Shown: piece by piece, positions 13,270 to 27,999 of the stretch
Numbering within the stretch: position 1 is the stretch's first letter
Layout of the letters: every line of letters begins with the position of its first letter
Source: Eledone cirrhosa
Taxonomy: Eukaryota
Direction: 5' to 3'
Length of the DNA stretch: 64,000 nucleotides
Assembly: GCA_964016885.1 (NCBI GenBank)
Contig: OZ024743.1
Span: 129,580,001 to 129,644,000, forward strand
The notes under the pieces: generated by a model
The model's database searches: none
Told to the model about the DNA's origin: nothing
Seen by the model: the letters and a program-made list of their open reading frames with translations, nothing else
Program-made: the position numbers and the translations under genes

Positions 13270-16200
13270 AGCACAAATCACCAAACACCAAGCACCAAAC
13301 ACCAAGCACCAAACACCAAGCACCAAACACCAAGCACCAGGCACCAAGCACCAAACACCAAGCACCACCACCAAACACCAAGCACCAAACACATAACACC
13401 AAGCACCAAGCACCAAGCACCAAGCACCAAACTCCAAGCACCAAACACCAAACACCAAGCACCAAGTACCAAACACCAAGCACCAAGCACCAAACACCAA
13501 GCACCAAGCACCAATCACCAAACACCAAGAACCAAGCACCAAACACCAAGTACCAAGCACCAAGTACATACACCAAGCACCAAACACCAAACACAAAACA
13601 CCAAGCACCAAGCAACAAGCATCAAACACCAAGCATCAAACACCAAACACCAAACACCAAGCACCAAACACCAAGCACCAAGCACCAATCACCAAACACC
13701 AAGAACCAAGCACCAAACACCAAGTACCAAGCACCAAGTACATACACCAAGCACCAAACACCAAACACAAAACACCAAGCACCAAGCACCCAGCACCAAA
13801 CACCAAGCACCAAGCACCAAGCACAAAACACCAAGCACCAAACACCAAACACCAAGCACCAAACACCAAACACCAAGCACCAAGCACCAAAACCCAAACA
13901 CCAAGCACCAAGCACCAAACACCAAACACCAAACATCAGACACCAAGCACCAAACACCAAACACCAAACACCAAGCACCAAGCACCAAACACCAAGCACC
14001 AAGCACCAAACAGCAAACCCCAAGCACCAAGCACCAAACACTAATCACCAAGCACCAAGCACCAAACAACAAGCACCAAGCACCAAGAACCAGGCACCAA
14101 GCACCAATCACCAAACACAAAACACCAAGCACCAAGCACCAAGCAGCACACACCAAGCATCAAACACCAAACACCAAACACCAAGCACCAAACACCAAAC
14201 ACCAAGCACTAAGCACCAAGCACCAAGCACCAAACTCCAAGCACCCAGCACCAAACACCAAACACCAAGCACCAAGCAGCAAACACCAAACAACAAGCAC
14301 CAGGCACCAAGCACGAAACACCAAACACCAAGCACCAAGCACCAAACACCAAACACCAGGCACGCAGCATCAAACACCAAGCACCAAGCACCAAGCACCA
14401 AGTACCAAACACCAACCACCAAGCACCAAACACCAAACACCAAGCACCAAGCACCAAGCACGAAACACAGGCACCAAGCACCAAGCACCAAACACCAAAC
14501 ACCAAGCACGCAGCACCAAACACCAAGCACCAAGCACCAAACACCAAGCACCAAGCACCAAGCACCAAACACCAAACACCAAACACCAAGCACCAAGAAC
14601 CAAACACCAAACAGCAAGCACCAAGCACCAAACACCAAGTACCAAACACCAAACCCCAAGCACCAATCACCAAACACTAATCACCAAGCACCAAGCACCA
14701 AAGACCAAGCACCAAGCACCAAGCACCAAGCACCAAGCACCAAACACCAAGCACCAAGCACCAAACACCAAACACCAAACACCAAGCACCAAGCACCAAA
14801 CAGCAAGCACCAAACACCAAGCACCAAACACCAAGCACCAAACACCAAGCCCCACGCACCATGCACCAAACACCAAACACCGAGCACCAAGCACGAAACA
14901 CCAAGCACCAAGCACCAAGACCCTAGCACCAAACACCAAACACCAAGCAAAAAGCACAAAACACCAAGCACCAATCACCAAGCACCAAACACCAAGCAGC
15001 AAGCAGCAAGCACCAAACACCAAACACCAAGCACCAAGCACCAAATACCAAACACCAAGCACCAAGGACCAAACATCAAACACCAAGCACCAAGCACCAA
15101 ACGCCTAACACCAAGCACCAAGCACCAAGCACCAAGCACCAAACACCAAGCACCAATCACCTAACACCAAGCACCAAGCACCAAACATCAAGCACCAGGC
15201 ACCAAGCACCAAACACCAAGCACCAAGCACCAAGCACCAAACACCAAACACCAAGCACCAAGAACCAAACACCAAACACCAAACAGCAAGCACCAAGCAC
15301 CAAACACCAAGCACCAAACACCAAACAGCAAACACCAAACACCAAATATCAAACAGCAAACGCCAAACACCAAGCACCAAACACCAAGCACCAAACACCA
15401 AGCACTAAGCACCAAGCACAAATCACCAAACACCAAGCACCAAACACCAAGCACCAAACACCAAGCACCAAACACCAAGCACCAGGCACCAAGCACCAAA
15501 CACCAAGCACCACCACCAAACACCAAGCACCAAGCACCAAACACATAACACCAAGCACCAAGCACCAAGCACCAAGCACCAAACTCCAAGCACCAAACAC
15601 CAAACACCAAGCACCAAGTACCAAACACCAAGCACCAAGCACCAAACACCAACCACCAAGCACCAATCACCAAACACCAAGAACCAAGCACCAAACACCA
15701 AGCACCAAGCACCAAGTACATACACCAAGCACCAAACACCAAACACAAAACACCAAGCACCAAGCAACAAGCATCAAACACCAAGCATCAAACACCAAAC
15801 ACCAAACACCAAGCACCAAGCACCAAACACCAAACACCAAGCACCAAGCACCCAGCACCAAACACCAAGCACCAAGCACCAAGCACCAAACACCAAGCAC
15901 CAAACACCAAACACCAAGCACCAAACACCAAACACCAAGCACCAAGCACCAAAACCCAAACACCAAGCACCAAGCACCAAACACCAAACACCAAACACCA
16001 GACACCAAGCACCAAACACCAAGCACCAAACACCAAGCACCAAGCACCAAACACCAAGCACCAAGCACCAAACAGCAAACCCCAAGCACCAAGCACCAAA
16101 CACTAATCACCAAGCACCAAGCACCAAACAACAAGCACCAAGCACCAAGAACCAGGCACCAAGCACCAAGCACCAAACACAAAACACCAAGCACCAAGCA

Positions 16201-19200
16201 CCAAGCAGCACACACCAAGCATCAAACACCAAACACCAAACACCAAGCACCAAACACCAAACACCAAGCACTAAGCACCAAGCACCAAGCACCAAACTCC
16301 AAGCACCCAGCACCAAACACCAAACACCAAGCACCAAGCACCAAACACTAAACACCAAGCACCAAGCACCAAGCACCAAACACCAGACACCAAGCACAAA
16401 ACACCAAGCACCAAGCACCAAGCACCAAACACCAAAAACCAAGCACCAAGCACCAAACACCAAGCACCAAGCACCAAACACCAAACACCAACCACCAAGC
16501 ACCAAACACCAAACACCAAGCACCAAGCACCAAGCACGAAACACCAGGCACCAAGCACCAAGCACCAAACACCAAACACCAAGCACCAAACACTAGCCAC
16601 CAAGCACCAAGGACCAAACACCAAACACAAAGCACTTAGCACCAAATACCAAACAACAAGCAGCAGGCACCAAGCACCAAACACCAAACACCAAGCACCA
16701 AGAACCAAACACCAAACACCAAACAGCAAGCACCAAGCACCAAACACCAAGTACCAAAGACCAAACCCCAAGCACCAATCACCAAACACTAATCACCAAG
16801 CACCAAGCACCAAAGACCAAGCACCAAGCACCAAGCACCAAGCACCAAACACCAAGCACCAAGCACCAAACACCAAACACCAAACACCAAGCACCAAGCA
16901 CCAAAGAGCAAGCACCAAACACCGATCACCAAACACCAAGCACCAAACACCAAGCCCCACGCACTAAGCACCAAACACCAAACACCAAGCACCAAGCACC
17001 AAACACCAAGCACCAAGCACCAAGACCCTAGCACCAAACACCAAACACCAAGCAAAAAGCACAAAACACCAAGCACCAATCACCAAGCACCAAACACCAA
17101 GCAGCAAGCAGCAAGCACCAAACACCAAACACCAAGCACCAAGCACCAAATACCAAACACCAAGCACCAAGGACCAAACATCAAACACCAAGCACCAAGC
17201 ACCAAACGCCTAACACCAAGCACCAAGCACCAAGCACCAAGCACCAAACACCAAGCACCAATCACCTAACAACAAGCACCAAGCACCAAACACCAAGCAC
17301 CAGGCACCAAGCACCAAACACCAAGCACCAAGCACCAAACACCAAGCACCAAGAACAAAACACCAAACACCAAACAGCAAGCACCAAGCACCAAACACCA
17401 AGCACCAAACACCAAACAGCAAACACCAAACACCAAACAGCAAACAGCAAACGCCAAACAACAAGCACCAAGCACCAAGCACCAAACACCAAGCACCAAG
17501 CACCAAGCACAAATCACCAAACACCAAGCGCCAAGGACCAAACATCAAACACCAAGCACCGAGCACCAAACACCAAACACCAATCACCAAGCACCAAGCA
17601 CAAAGCACCGAGCACCAAGCACCAAACACCAAGCACCAAACACCAAGCACCAAACACCAAGCACCAGGCACCAAGCACCAAACACCAAGCTCCACCACCA
17701 AACACCAAGCACCAAGCACCAAACAGATAACACCAAGCACCAAGCACCAAGCACCAAGCACCAAACACCAAGCACCAAACACCAAACACCAAGCACCAAG
17801 TACCAAACACCAAGCACCAAGCACCAAACACCAAGCACCAAGCACCAATCACCAAACACCAAGAACCAAGCACCAAACACCAAGCACCAAGTACATACAC
17901 CAAGCACCAAACACCAAACACAAAACACCAAGCACCAAGCAACAAGCATCAAACACCAAGCATCAAACACCAAACACCAAACACCAAGCACCAAGCACCC
18001 AGCACCAAACACCAAGCACCAAGCACCAAGCACCAAACACCAAGCACCAAACACCAGACACCAAGCACCAAACACCAAACACCAAGCACCAAGCACCAAA
18101 ACCCAAACACCAAGCACCAAGCACCAAACACCAAACACCAAACACCAAACACCAAGCACCAAACACCAAACACCAAACACCAAGCACCAAGCACCAAACA
18201 CCAAGCACCAAGTACCAAACAGCAAACCCCAAGCACCAAGCACCAAACACTAATCACTAAGCACCAAGCACCAAACAACAAGCACCAAGCACCAAGAACC
18301 AGGCACCAAGCACCAAGCACCAAACACAAAACACCAAGCACCAAGCACCAAGCAGCACACACCAAGCATCAAACACCAAACACCAAGCACCAAGCACCAA
18401 ACACCAAACACCAAGCACTAAGCACCAAGCACCAAGCACCAAACTCCAAGCACCCAGCACCAAACACCAAACACCAAGCACCAAGCACCAAACACCAAAC
18501 ACCAAGCACCAAGCACCAAGCACCAAACACCAGACACCAAGCACCAAACACCAAGCACCAAGCACCAAGCACCAAACACCAAACAACAAGCACCAGGTAC
18601 CAAGCACCAAACACCAAAAACCAAGCACCAAACACCAAGCACCAAGCACAAATCACCAAACACCAAGCACCAAACACCAAGCACCAAACACCAAGCACCA
18701 AACACCAAGCACCAGGCACCAAGCACCAAACACCAAGCACCACCACCAAACACCAAGCACCAAGCACCAAACACATAACACCAAGCACCAAGCACCAAGC
18801 ACCAAGCACCAAACTCCAAGCACCAAACACCAAACACCAAGCACCAAGTACCAAACACCAAGCACCAAGCACCAAACACCAAGCACCAAGCACCAATCAC
18901 CAAACACCAAGAACCAAGCACCAAACACCAAGTACCAAGCACCAAGTACATACACCAAGCACCAAACACCAAACACAAAACACCAAGCACCAAGCAACAA
19001 GCATCAAACACCAAGCATCAAACACCAAACACCAAACACCAAGCACCAAGCACCAAAAACCAAACACCAAGCACCAAGCACCCAGCACCAAACACCAAGC
19101 ACCAAGCACCAAGCACAAAACACCAAGCACCAAACACCAAACACCAAGCACCAAACACCAAACACCAAGCACCAAGCACCAAAACCCAAACACCAAGCAC

Positions 19201-22200
19201 CAAGCACCAAACACCAAACACCAAACACCAGACACCAAGCACCAAACACCAAACACCAAACACCAAGCACCAAGCACCAAACACCAAGCACCAAGCACCA
19301 AACAGCAAACCCCAAGCACCAAGCACCAAACACTAATCACCAAGCACCAAGCACCAAACAACAAGCACCAAGCACCAAGAACCAGGCACCAAGCACCAAG
19401 CACCAAACACAAAACACCAAGCACCAAGCACCAAGCAGCACCCACCAAGCATCAAACACCAAACACCAAACACCAAGCACCAAACACCAAACACCAAGCA
19501 CTAAGCACCAAGCACCAAGCACCAAACTCCAAGCACCCAGCACCAAACACCAAACACCAAGCACCAAGCAGCAAACACCAAACAACAAGCACCAGGCACC
19601 AAGCACGAAACACCAAACACCAAGCACCAAGCACCAAACACCAAACACCAGGCACGCAGCATCAAACACCAAGCACCAAGCACCAAGCACCAAGTACCAA
19701 ACACCAACCACCAAGCACCAAACACCAAACACCAAGCACCAAGCACCAAGCACGAAACACAGGCACCAAGCACCAAGCACCAAACACCAAACACCAAGCA
19801 CGCAGCACCAAACACCAAGCACCAAGCACCAAACACCAAGCACCAAGCACCAAGCACCAAACACCAAACACCAAACACCAAGCACCAAGAACCAAACACC
19901 AAACAGCAAGCACCAAGCACCAAACACCAAGTACCAAACACCAAACCCCAAGCACCAATCACCAAACACTAATCACCAAGCACCAAGCACCAAAGACCAA
20001 GCACCAAGCACCAAGCACCAAGCACCAAGCACCAAACACCAAGCACCAAGAACCAAACACCAAACACCAAACAGCAAGCACCAAGCACCAAACACCAAGT
20101 ACCAAAGACCAAACCCCAAGCACCAATCACCAAACACTAATCACCAAGCACCAAGCACCAAAGACCAAGCACCAAGCACCAAGCACCAAGCACCAAACAC
20201 CAAGCACCAAGCACCAAACACCAAACACCAAACACCAAGCACCAAGCACCAAAGAGCAAGCACCAAACACCGATCACCAAACACCAAGCACCAAACACCA
20301 AGCCCCACGCACTAAGCACCAAACACCAAACACCAAGCACCAAGCACCAAACACCAAGCACCAAGCACCAAGACCCTAGCACCAAACACCAAACACCAAG
20401 CAAAAAGCACAAAACACCAAGCACCAATCACCAAGCACCAAACACCAAGCAGCAAGCAGCAAGCACCAAACACCAAACACCAAGCACCAAGCACCAAATA
20501 CCAAACACCAAGCACCAAGGACCAAACATCAAACACCAAGCACCAAGCACCAAACGCCTAACACCAAGCACCAAGCACCAAGCACCAAGCACCAAACACC
20601 AAGCACCAATCACCTAACAACAAGCACCAAGCACCAAACACCAAGCACCAGGCACCAAGCACCAAACACCAAGCACCAAGCACCAAACACCAAGCACCAA
20701 GAACAAAACACCAAACACCAAACAGCAAGCACCAAGCACCAAACACCAAGCACCAAACACCAAACAGCAAACACCAAACACCAAACAGCAAACAGCAAAC
20801 GCCAAACAACAAGCACCAAGCACCAAGCACCAAACACCAAGCACCAAGCACCAAGCACAAATCACCAAACACCAAGCGCCAAGGACCAAACATCAAACAC
20901 CAAGCACCGAGCACCAAACACCAAACACCAATCACCAAGCACCAAGCACAAAGCACCGAGCACCAAGCACCAAACACCAAGCACCAAACACCAAGCACCA
21001 AACACCAAGCACCAGGCACCAAGCACCAAACACCAAGCACCACCACCAAACACCAAGCACCAAGCACCAAACAGATAACACCAAGCACCAAGCACCAAGC
21101 ACCAAGCACCAAACACCAAGCACCAAACACCAAACACCAAGCACCAAGTACCAAACACCAAGCACCAAGCACCAAACACCAAGCACCAAGCACCAATCAC
21201 CAAACACCAAGAACCAAGCACCAAACACCAAGCACCAAGTACATACACCAAGCACCAAACACCAAACACAAAACACCAAGCACCAAGCAACAAGCATCAA
21301 ACACCAAGCATCAAACACCAAACACCAAACACCAAGCACCAAGCACCCAGCACCAAACACCAAGCACCAAGCACCAAGCACCAAACACCAAGCACCAAAC
21401 ACCAGACACCAAGCACCAAACACCAAACACCAAGCACCAAGCACCAAAACCCAAACACCAAGCACCAAGCACCAAACACCAAACACCAAACACCAAACAC
21501 CAAGCACCAAACACCAAACACCAAACACCAAGCACCAAGCACCAAACACCAAGCACCAAGTACCAAACAGCAAACCCCAAGCACCAAGCACCAAACACTA
21601 ATCACTAAGCACCAAGCACCAAACAACAAGCACCAAGCACCAAGAACCAGGCACCAAGCACCAAGCACCAAACACAAAACACCAAGCACCAAGCACCAAG
21701 CAGCACACACCAAGCATCAAACACCAAACACCAAGCACCAAGCACCAAACACCAAACACCAAGCACTAAGCACCAAGCACCAAGCACCAAACTCCAAGCA
21801 CCCAGCACCAAACACCAAACACCAAGCACCAAGCACCAAACACCAAACACCAAGCACCAAGCACCAAGCACCAAACACCAGACACCAAGCACCAAACACC
21901 AAGCACCAAGCACCAAGCACCAAACACCAAACAACAAGCACCAGGTACCAAGCACCAAACACCAAAAACCAAGCACCAAACACCAAGCACCAAGCACAAA
22001 TCACCAAACACCAAGCACCAAACACCAAGCACCAAACACCAAGCACCAAACACCAAGCACCAGGCACCAAGCACCAAACACCAAGCACCACCACCAAACA
22101 CCAAGCACCAAGCACCAAACACATAACACCAAGCACCAAGCACCAAGCACCAAGCACCAAACTCCAAGCACCAAACACCAAACACCAAGCACCAAGTACC

Positions 22201-25200
22201 AAACACCAAGCACCAAGCACCAAACACCAAGCACCAAGCACCAATCACCAAACACCAAGAACCAAGCACCAAACACCAAGTACCAAGCACCAAGTACATA
22301 CACCAAGCACCAAACACCAAACACAAAACACCAAGCACCAAGCAACAAGCATCAAACACCAAGCATCAAACACCAAACACCAAACACCAAGCACCAAGCA
22401 CCAAAAACCAAACACCAAGCACCAAGCACCCAGCACCAAACACCAAGCACCAAGCACCAAGCACAAAACACCAAGCACCAAACACCAAACACCAAGCACC
22501 AAACACCAAACACCAAGCACCAAGCACCAAAACCCAAACACCAAGCACCAAGCACCAAACACCAAACACCAAACACCAGACACCAAGCACCAAACACCAA
22601 ACACCAAACACCAAGCACCAAGCACCAAACACCAAGCACCAAGCACCAAACAGCAAACCCCAAGCACCAAGCACCAAACACTAATCACCAAGCACCAAGC
22701 ACCAAACAACAAGCACCAAGCACCAAGAACCAGGCACCAAGCACCAAGCACCAAACACAAAACACCAAGCACCAAGCACCAAGCAGCACCCACCAAGCAT
22801 CAAACACCAAACACCAAACACCAAGCACCAAACACCAAACACCAAGCACTAAGCACCAAGCACCAAGCACCAAACTCCAAGCACCCAGCACCAAACACCA
22901 AACACCAAGCACCAAGCAGCAAACACCAAACAACAAGCACCAGGCACCAAGCACGAAACACCAAACACCAAGCACCAAGCACCAAACACCAAACACCAGG
23001 CACGCAGCATCAAACACCAAGCACCAAGCACCAAGCACCAAGTACCAAACACCAACCACCAAGCACCAAACACCAAACACCAAGCACCAAGCACCAAGCA
23101 CGAAACACAGGCACCAAGCACCAAGCACCAAACACCAAACACCAAGCACGCAGCACCAAACACCAAGCACCAAGCACCAAACACCAAGCACCAAGCACCA
23201 AGCACCAAACACCAAACACCAAACACCAAGCACCAAGAACCAAACACCAAACAGCAAGCACCAAGCACCAAACACCAAGTACCAAACACCAAACCCCAAG
23301 CACCAATCACCAAACACTAATCACCAAGCACCAAGCACCAAAGACCAAGCACCAAGCACCAAGCACCAAGCACCAAGCACCAAACACCAAGCACCAAGCA
23401 CCAAACACCAAACACCAAACACCAAGCACCAAGCACCAAACAGCAAGCACCAAACACCAAGCACCAAACACCAAGCACCAAACACCAAGCCCCACGCACC
23501 ATGCACCAAACACCAAACACCGAGCACCAAGCACCAAACACCAAGCACCAAGCACCAAGACCCTAGCACCAAACACCAAACACCAAGCAAAAAGCACAAA
23601 ACACCAAGCACCAATCACCAAGCACCAAACACCAAGCAGCAAGCAGCAAGCACCAAACACCAAACACCAAGCACCAAGCACCAAATACCAAACACCAAGC
23701 ACCAAAGACCAAACATCAAACACCAAGCACCAAGCACCAAACGCCTAACACCAAGCACCAAGCACCAAGCACCAAGCACCAAACACCAAGCACCAATCAC
23801 CTAACACCAAGCACCAAGCACCAAACACCAAGCACCAGGCACCAAGCACCAAACACCAAGCACCAAGCACCAAGCACCAAACACCAAACACCAAGCACCA
23901 AGAACCAAACACCAAACACCAAACAGCAAGCACCAAGCACCAAACACCAAGCACCAAACACCAAACAGCAAACACCAAACACCAAATATCAAACAGCAAA
24001 CGCCAAACACCAAGCACCAAGCACCAAGCACCAAACACCAAGCACTAAGCACCAAGCACAAATCACCAAACACCAAGCACCAAACACCAAGCACCAAACA
24101 CCAAGCACCAAACACCAAGCACCAGGCACCAAGCACCAAACACCAAGCACCACCACCAAACACCAAGCACCAAGCACCAAACACATAACACCAAGCACCA
24201 AGCACCAAGCACCAAGCACCAAACTCCAAGCACCAAACACCAAACACCAAGCACCAAGTACCAAACACCAAGCACCAAGCACCAAACACCAACCACCAAG
24301 CACCAATCACCAAACACCAAGAACCAAGCACCAAACACCAAGCACCAAGCACCAAGTACATACACCAAGCACCAAACACCAAACACAAAACACCAAGCAC
24401 CAAGCAACAAGCATCAAACACCAAGCATCAAACACCAAACACCAAACACCAAGCACCAAGCACCAAACACCAGACACCAAGCACCAAGCACCCAGCACCA
24501 AACACCAAGCACCAAGCACCAAGCACCAAACACCAAGCACCAAACACCAAACACCAAGCACCAAACACCAAACACCAAGCACCAAGCACCAAAACCCAAA
24601 CACCAAGCACCAAGCACCAAACACCAAACACCAAACACCAGACACCAAGCACCAAACACCAAACACCAAACACCAAGCACCAAGCACCAAACACCAAGCA
24701 CCAAGCACCAAACAGCAAACCCCAAGCACCAAGCACCAAAAACTAATCACCAAGCACCAAGCACCAAACAACAAGCACCAAGCACCAAGAACCAGGCACC
24801 AAGCACCAAGCACCAAACACAAAACACCAAGCACCAAGCACCAAGCAGCACACACCAAGCATCAAACACCAAACACCAAACACCAAGCACCAAACACCAA
24901 ACACCAAGCACTAAGCACCAAGCACCAAGCACCAAACTCCAAGCACCCAGCACCAAACTCCAAACACCAAGCACCAAGCACCAAACACTAAACACCAAGC
25001 ACCAAGCACCAAGCACCAAACACCAGACACCAAGCACAAAACACCAAGCACCAAGCACCAAGCACCAAACACCAAAAACCAAGCACCAAGCACCAAACAC
25101 CAAGCACCAAGCACCAAACACCAAACACCAACCACCAAGCACCAAACACCAAACACCAAGCACCAAGCACCAAGCACGAAACACCAGGCACCAAGCACCA

Positions 25201-27050
25201 AGCACCAAACACCAAACACCAAGCACCAAACACTAGCCACCAAGCACCAAGCACCAAATACCAAACACCAAGCACTTAGCACCAAATACCAAACAACAAG
25301 CAGCAGGCACCAAGCACCAAACACCAAACACCAAGCACCAAGAACCAAACACCAAACACCAAACAGCAAGCACCAAGCACCAAACACCAAGTACCAAAGA
25401 CCAAACCCCAAGCACCAATCACCAAACACTAATCACCAAGCACCAAGCACCAAAGACCAAGCACCAAGCACCAAGCACCAAGCACCAAACACCAAGCACC
25501 AAGCACCAAACACCAAGCACCAAGACCCTAGCACCAAACACCAAACACCAAGAAAAAAGCACAAAACACCAAGCACCAATCACCAAGCACCAAACACCAA
25601 GCAGCAAGCAGCAAGCACCAAACACCAAACACCAAGCACCAAGCACCAAATACCAAACACCAAGCACCAAGGACCAAACATCAAACACCAAGCACCAAGC
25701 ACCAAACGCCTAACACCAAGCACCAAGCACCAAGCACCAAGCACCAAACACCAAGCACCAATCACCTAACAACAAGCACCAAGCACCAAACACCAAGCAC
25801 CAGGCACCAAGCACCAAACACCAACCACCAAGCACCAAACACCAAGCACCAAGAACAAAACACCAAACACCAAACAGCAAGCACCAAGCACCAAACACCA
25901 AGCACCAAACACCAAACAGCAAACACCAAACACCAAGCACCAAACACCAAACACCAAGCACCAAGCACCAAGCACAAATCACCAAACACCAAGCACCAAG
26001 GACCAAACATCAAACACCAAGCACCAAGCACCAAACACCAAACACCAATCACCAAGCACCAAGCACAAAGCACCGAGCACCAAGCACCAAACACCAAGCA
26101 CCAAACACCAAGCACCAAACACCAAGCACCAGGCACCAAGCACCAAACACCAAGCACCACCACCAAACACCAAGCACCAAGCACCAAACAGATAACACCA
26201 AGCACCAAGCACCAAGCACCAAGCACCAAACACCAAGCACCAAACACCAAACACCAAGCACCAAGTACCAAACACCAAGCACCAAGCACCAAACACCAAG
26301 CACCAAGCACCAATCACCGAACACCAAGAACCAAGCACCAAACACCAAGCACCAAGTACATACACCAAGCACCAAACACCAAACACAAAACACCAAGCAC
26401 CAAGCACCCAGCACCAAACACCAAGCACCAAGCACCAAGCACCAAACACCAAGCACCAAACACCAGACACCAAGCACCAAACACCAAACACCAAGCACCA
26501 AGCACCAAAACCCAAACACCAAGCACCAAGCACCAAACACCAAACACCAAACACCAAACACCAAGCACCAAACACCAAACACCAAACACCAAGCACCAAG
26601 CACCAAACACCAAGCACCAAGTACCAAACAGCAAACCCCAAGCACCAAGCACCAAACACTAATCACTAAGCACCAAGCACCAAACAACAAGCACCAAGCA
26701 CCAAGAACCAGGCACCAAGCACCAAGCACCAAACACAAAACACCAAGCACCAAGCACCAAGCAGCACACACCAAGCATCAAACACCAAACACCAAGCACC
26801 AAGCACCAAACACCAAACACCAAGCACTAAGCACCAAGCACCAAGCACCAAACTCCAAGCACCCAGCACCAAACACCAAACACCAAGCACCAAGCACCAA
26901 ACACCAAACACCAAGCACCAAGCACCAAGCACCAAACATCAGACACCAAGCACCAAACACCAAGCACCAAGCACCAAGCACCAAACACCAAACAACAAGC
27001 ACCAGGTACCAAGCACCAAACACCAAAAACCAAGCACCAAACACCAAGCA
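13270..27050 (+). repeat. Nested higher-order repeat: about 5.3-kb period with an internal 3348-bp re-duplication (outer offset 8640)
   Basis: CACCCAG...CACAAAA marker at 13787, 19079 (+5292) and 22427 (+8640). TACATA at 15717 and 24357 (+8640). ORF pairs 14667..15086 / 23307..23726 and 16271..16789 / 24911..25429 match. The offset drops to 8500 after about 25.5 kb. Confidence 0.85.
16682..23398 (+). repeat. Near-perfect tandem duplication, period 3348 bp (2 copies)
   Basis: The ORF series 16789..17079 through 19662..19958 recurs at exactly +3348 (20137..20427 through 23010..23306). TACATA at 17892/21240 and 18947/22295. One visible difference: T17691 vs A21039. Confidence 0.95.
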
Positions 27051-27999
27051 CCAAGCACCAAACACCAAACACCAAACACCAAACAGCAAACACCAAACAC
27101 CAAACAGCAAAAACCAAATACGAAACAGCAAACACCATACAGCAAACACCAAAAAGCAGACACCAAACAGCAAACACCAAACACCAAACACCAAACACCA
27201 AACACCAAGCACCAAGCACCAACCACCAAACCCCAAGCACCAAGCAACAAACACTAATCACCAAGCAACAAGCACCAAACACCAAGCACCAAGCACCAAG
27301 CACCAAACACCAAGCACCAAGCACCAAACACCAAACACCAAGCACCAAAGACCAAGCACCAAGCACCAAGCACCAAACAACAAGCACCAAGCACCAAGCA
27401 CCAAACACCAAGCACCAAGCAGCAAACACCAACCACCAAACAGCAAGCACCAAGCACCAAACACCAAGTACCAAACACCAAACCCCAAGCACCAATCACC
27501 AAACACTAATCACCAAGCACCAAGCACCAAAGACCAAGCACCAAGCACCAAGCACCAAGCACCAAACACCAAGCACCAAGCACCAAACACCAAACACCAA
27601 ATACCAAGCACCAAGCACCAAACAGCAAGCACCAAACACCGATCACCAAACACCAAGCACCAAACACCAAGCCCCACGCACTAAGCACCAAACACCAAAC
27701 ACCAAGCACCAAGCACCAAACACCAAGCACCAAGCACCAAGACCCTAGCACCAAACACCAAACACCAAGCAAAAAGCACAAAACACCAAGCACCAATCAC
27801 CAAGCACCAAACACCAAGCAGCAAGCAGCAAGCACCAAACACCAAACACCAAGCACCAAGCACCAAATACCAAACACCAAGCACCAAGGACCAAACATCA
27901 AACACCAAGCACCAAGCACCAAACGCCTAACACCAAGCACTAAGCACCAAGCACCAAGCACCAAACACCAAGCACCAATCACCTAACAACAAGCACCAA

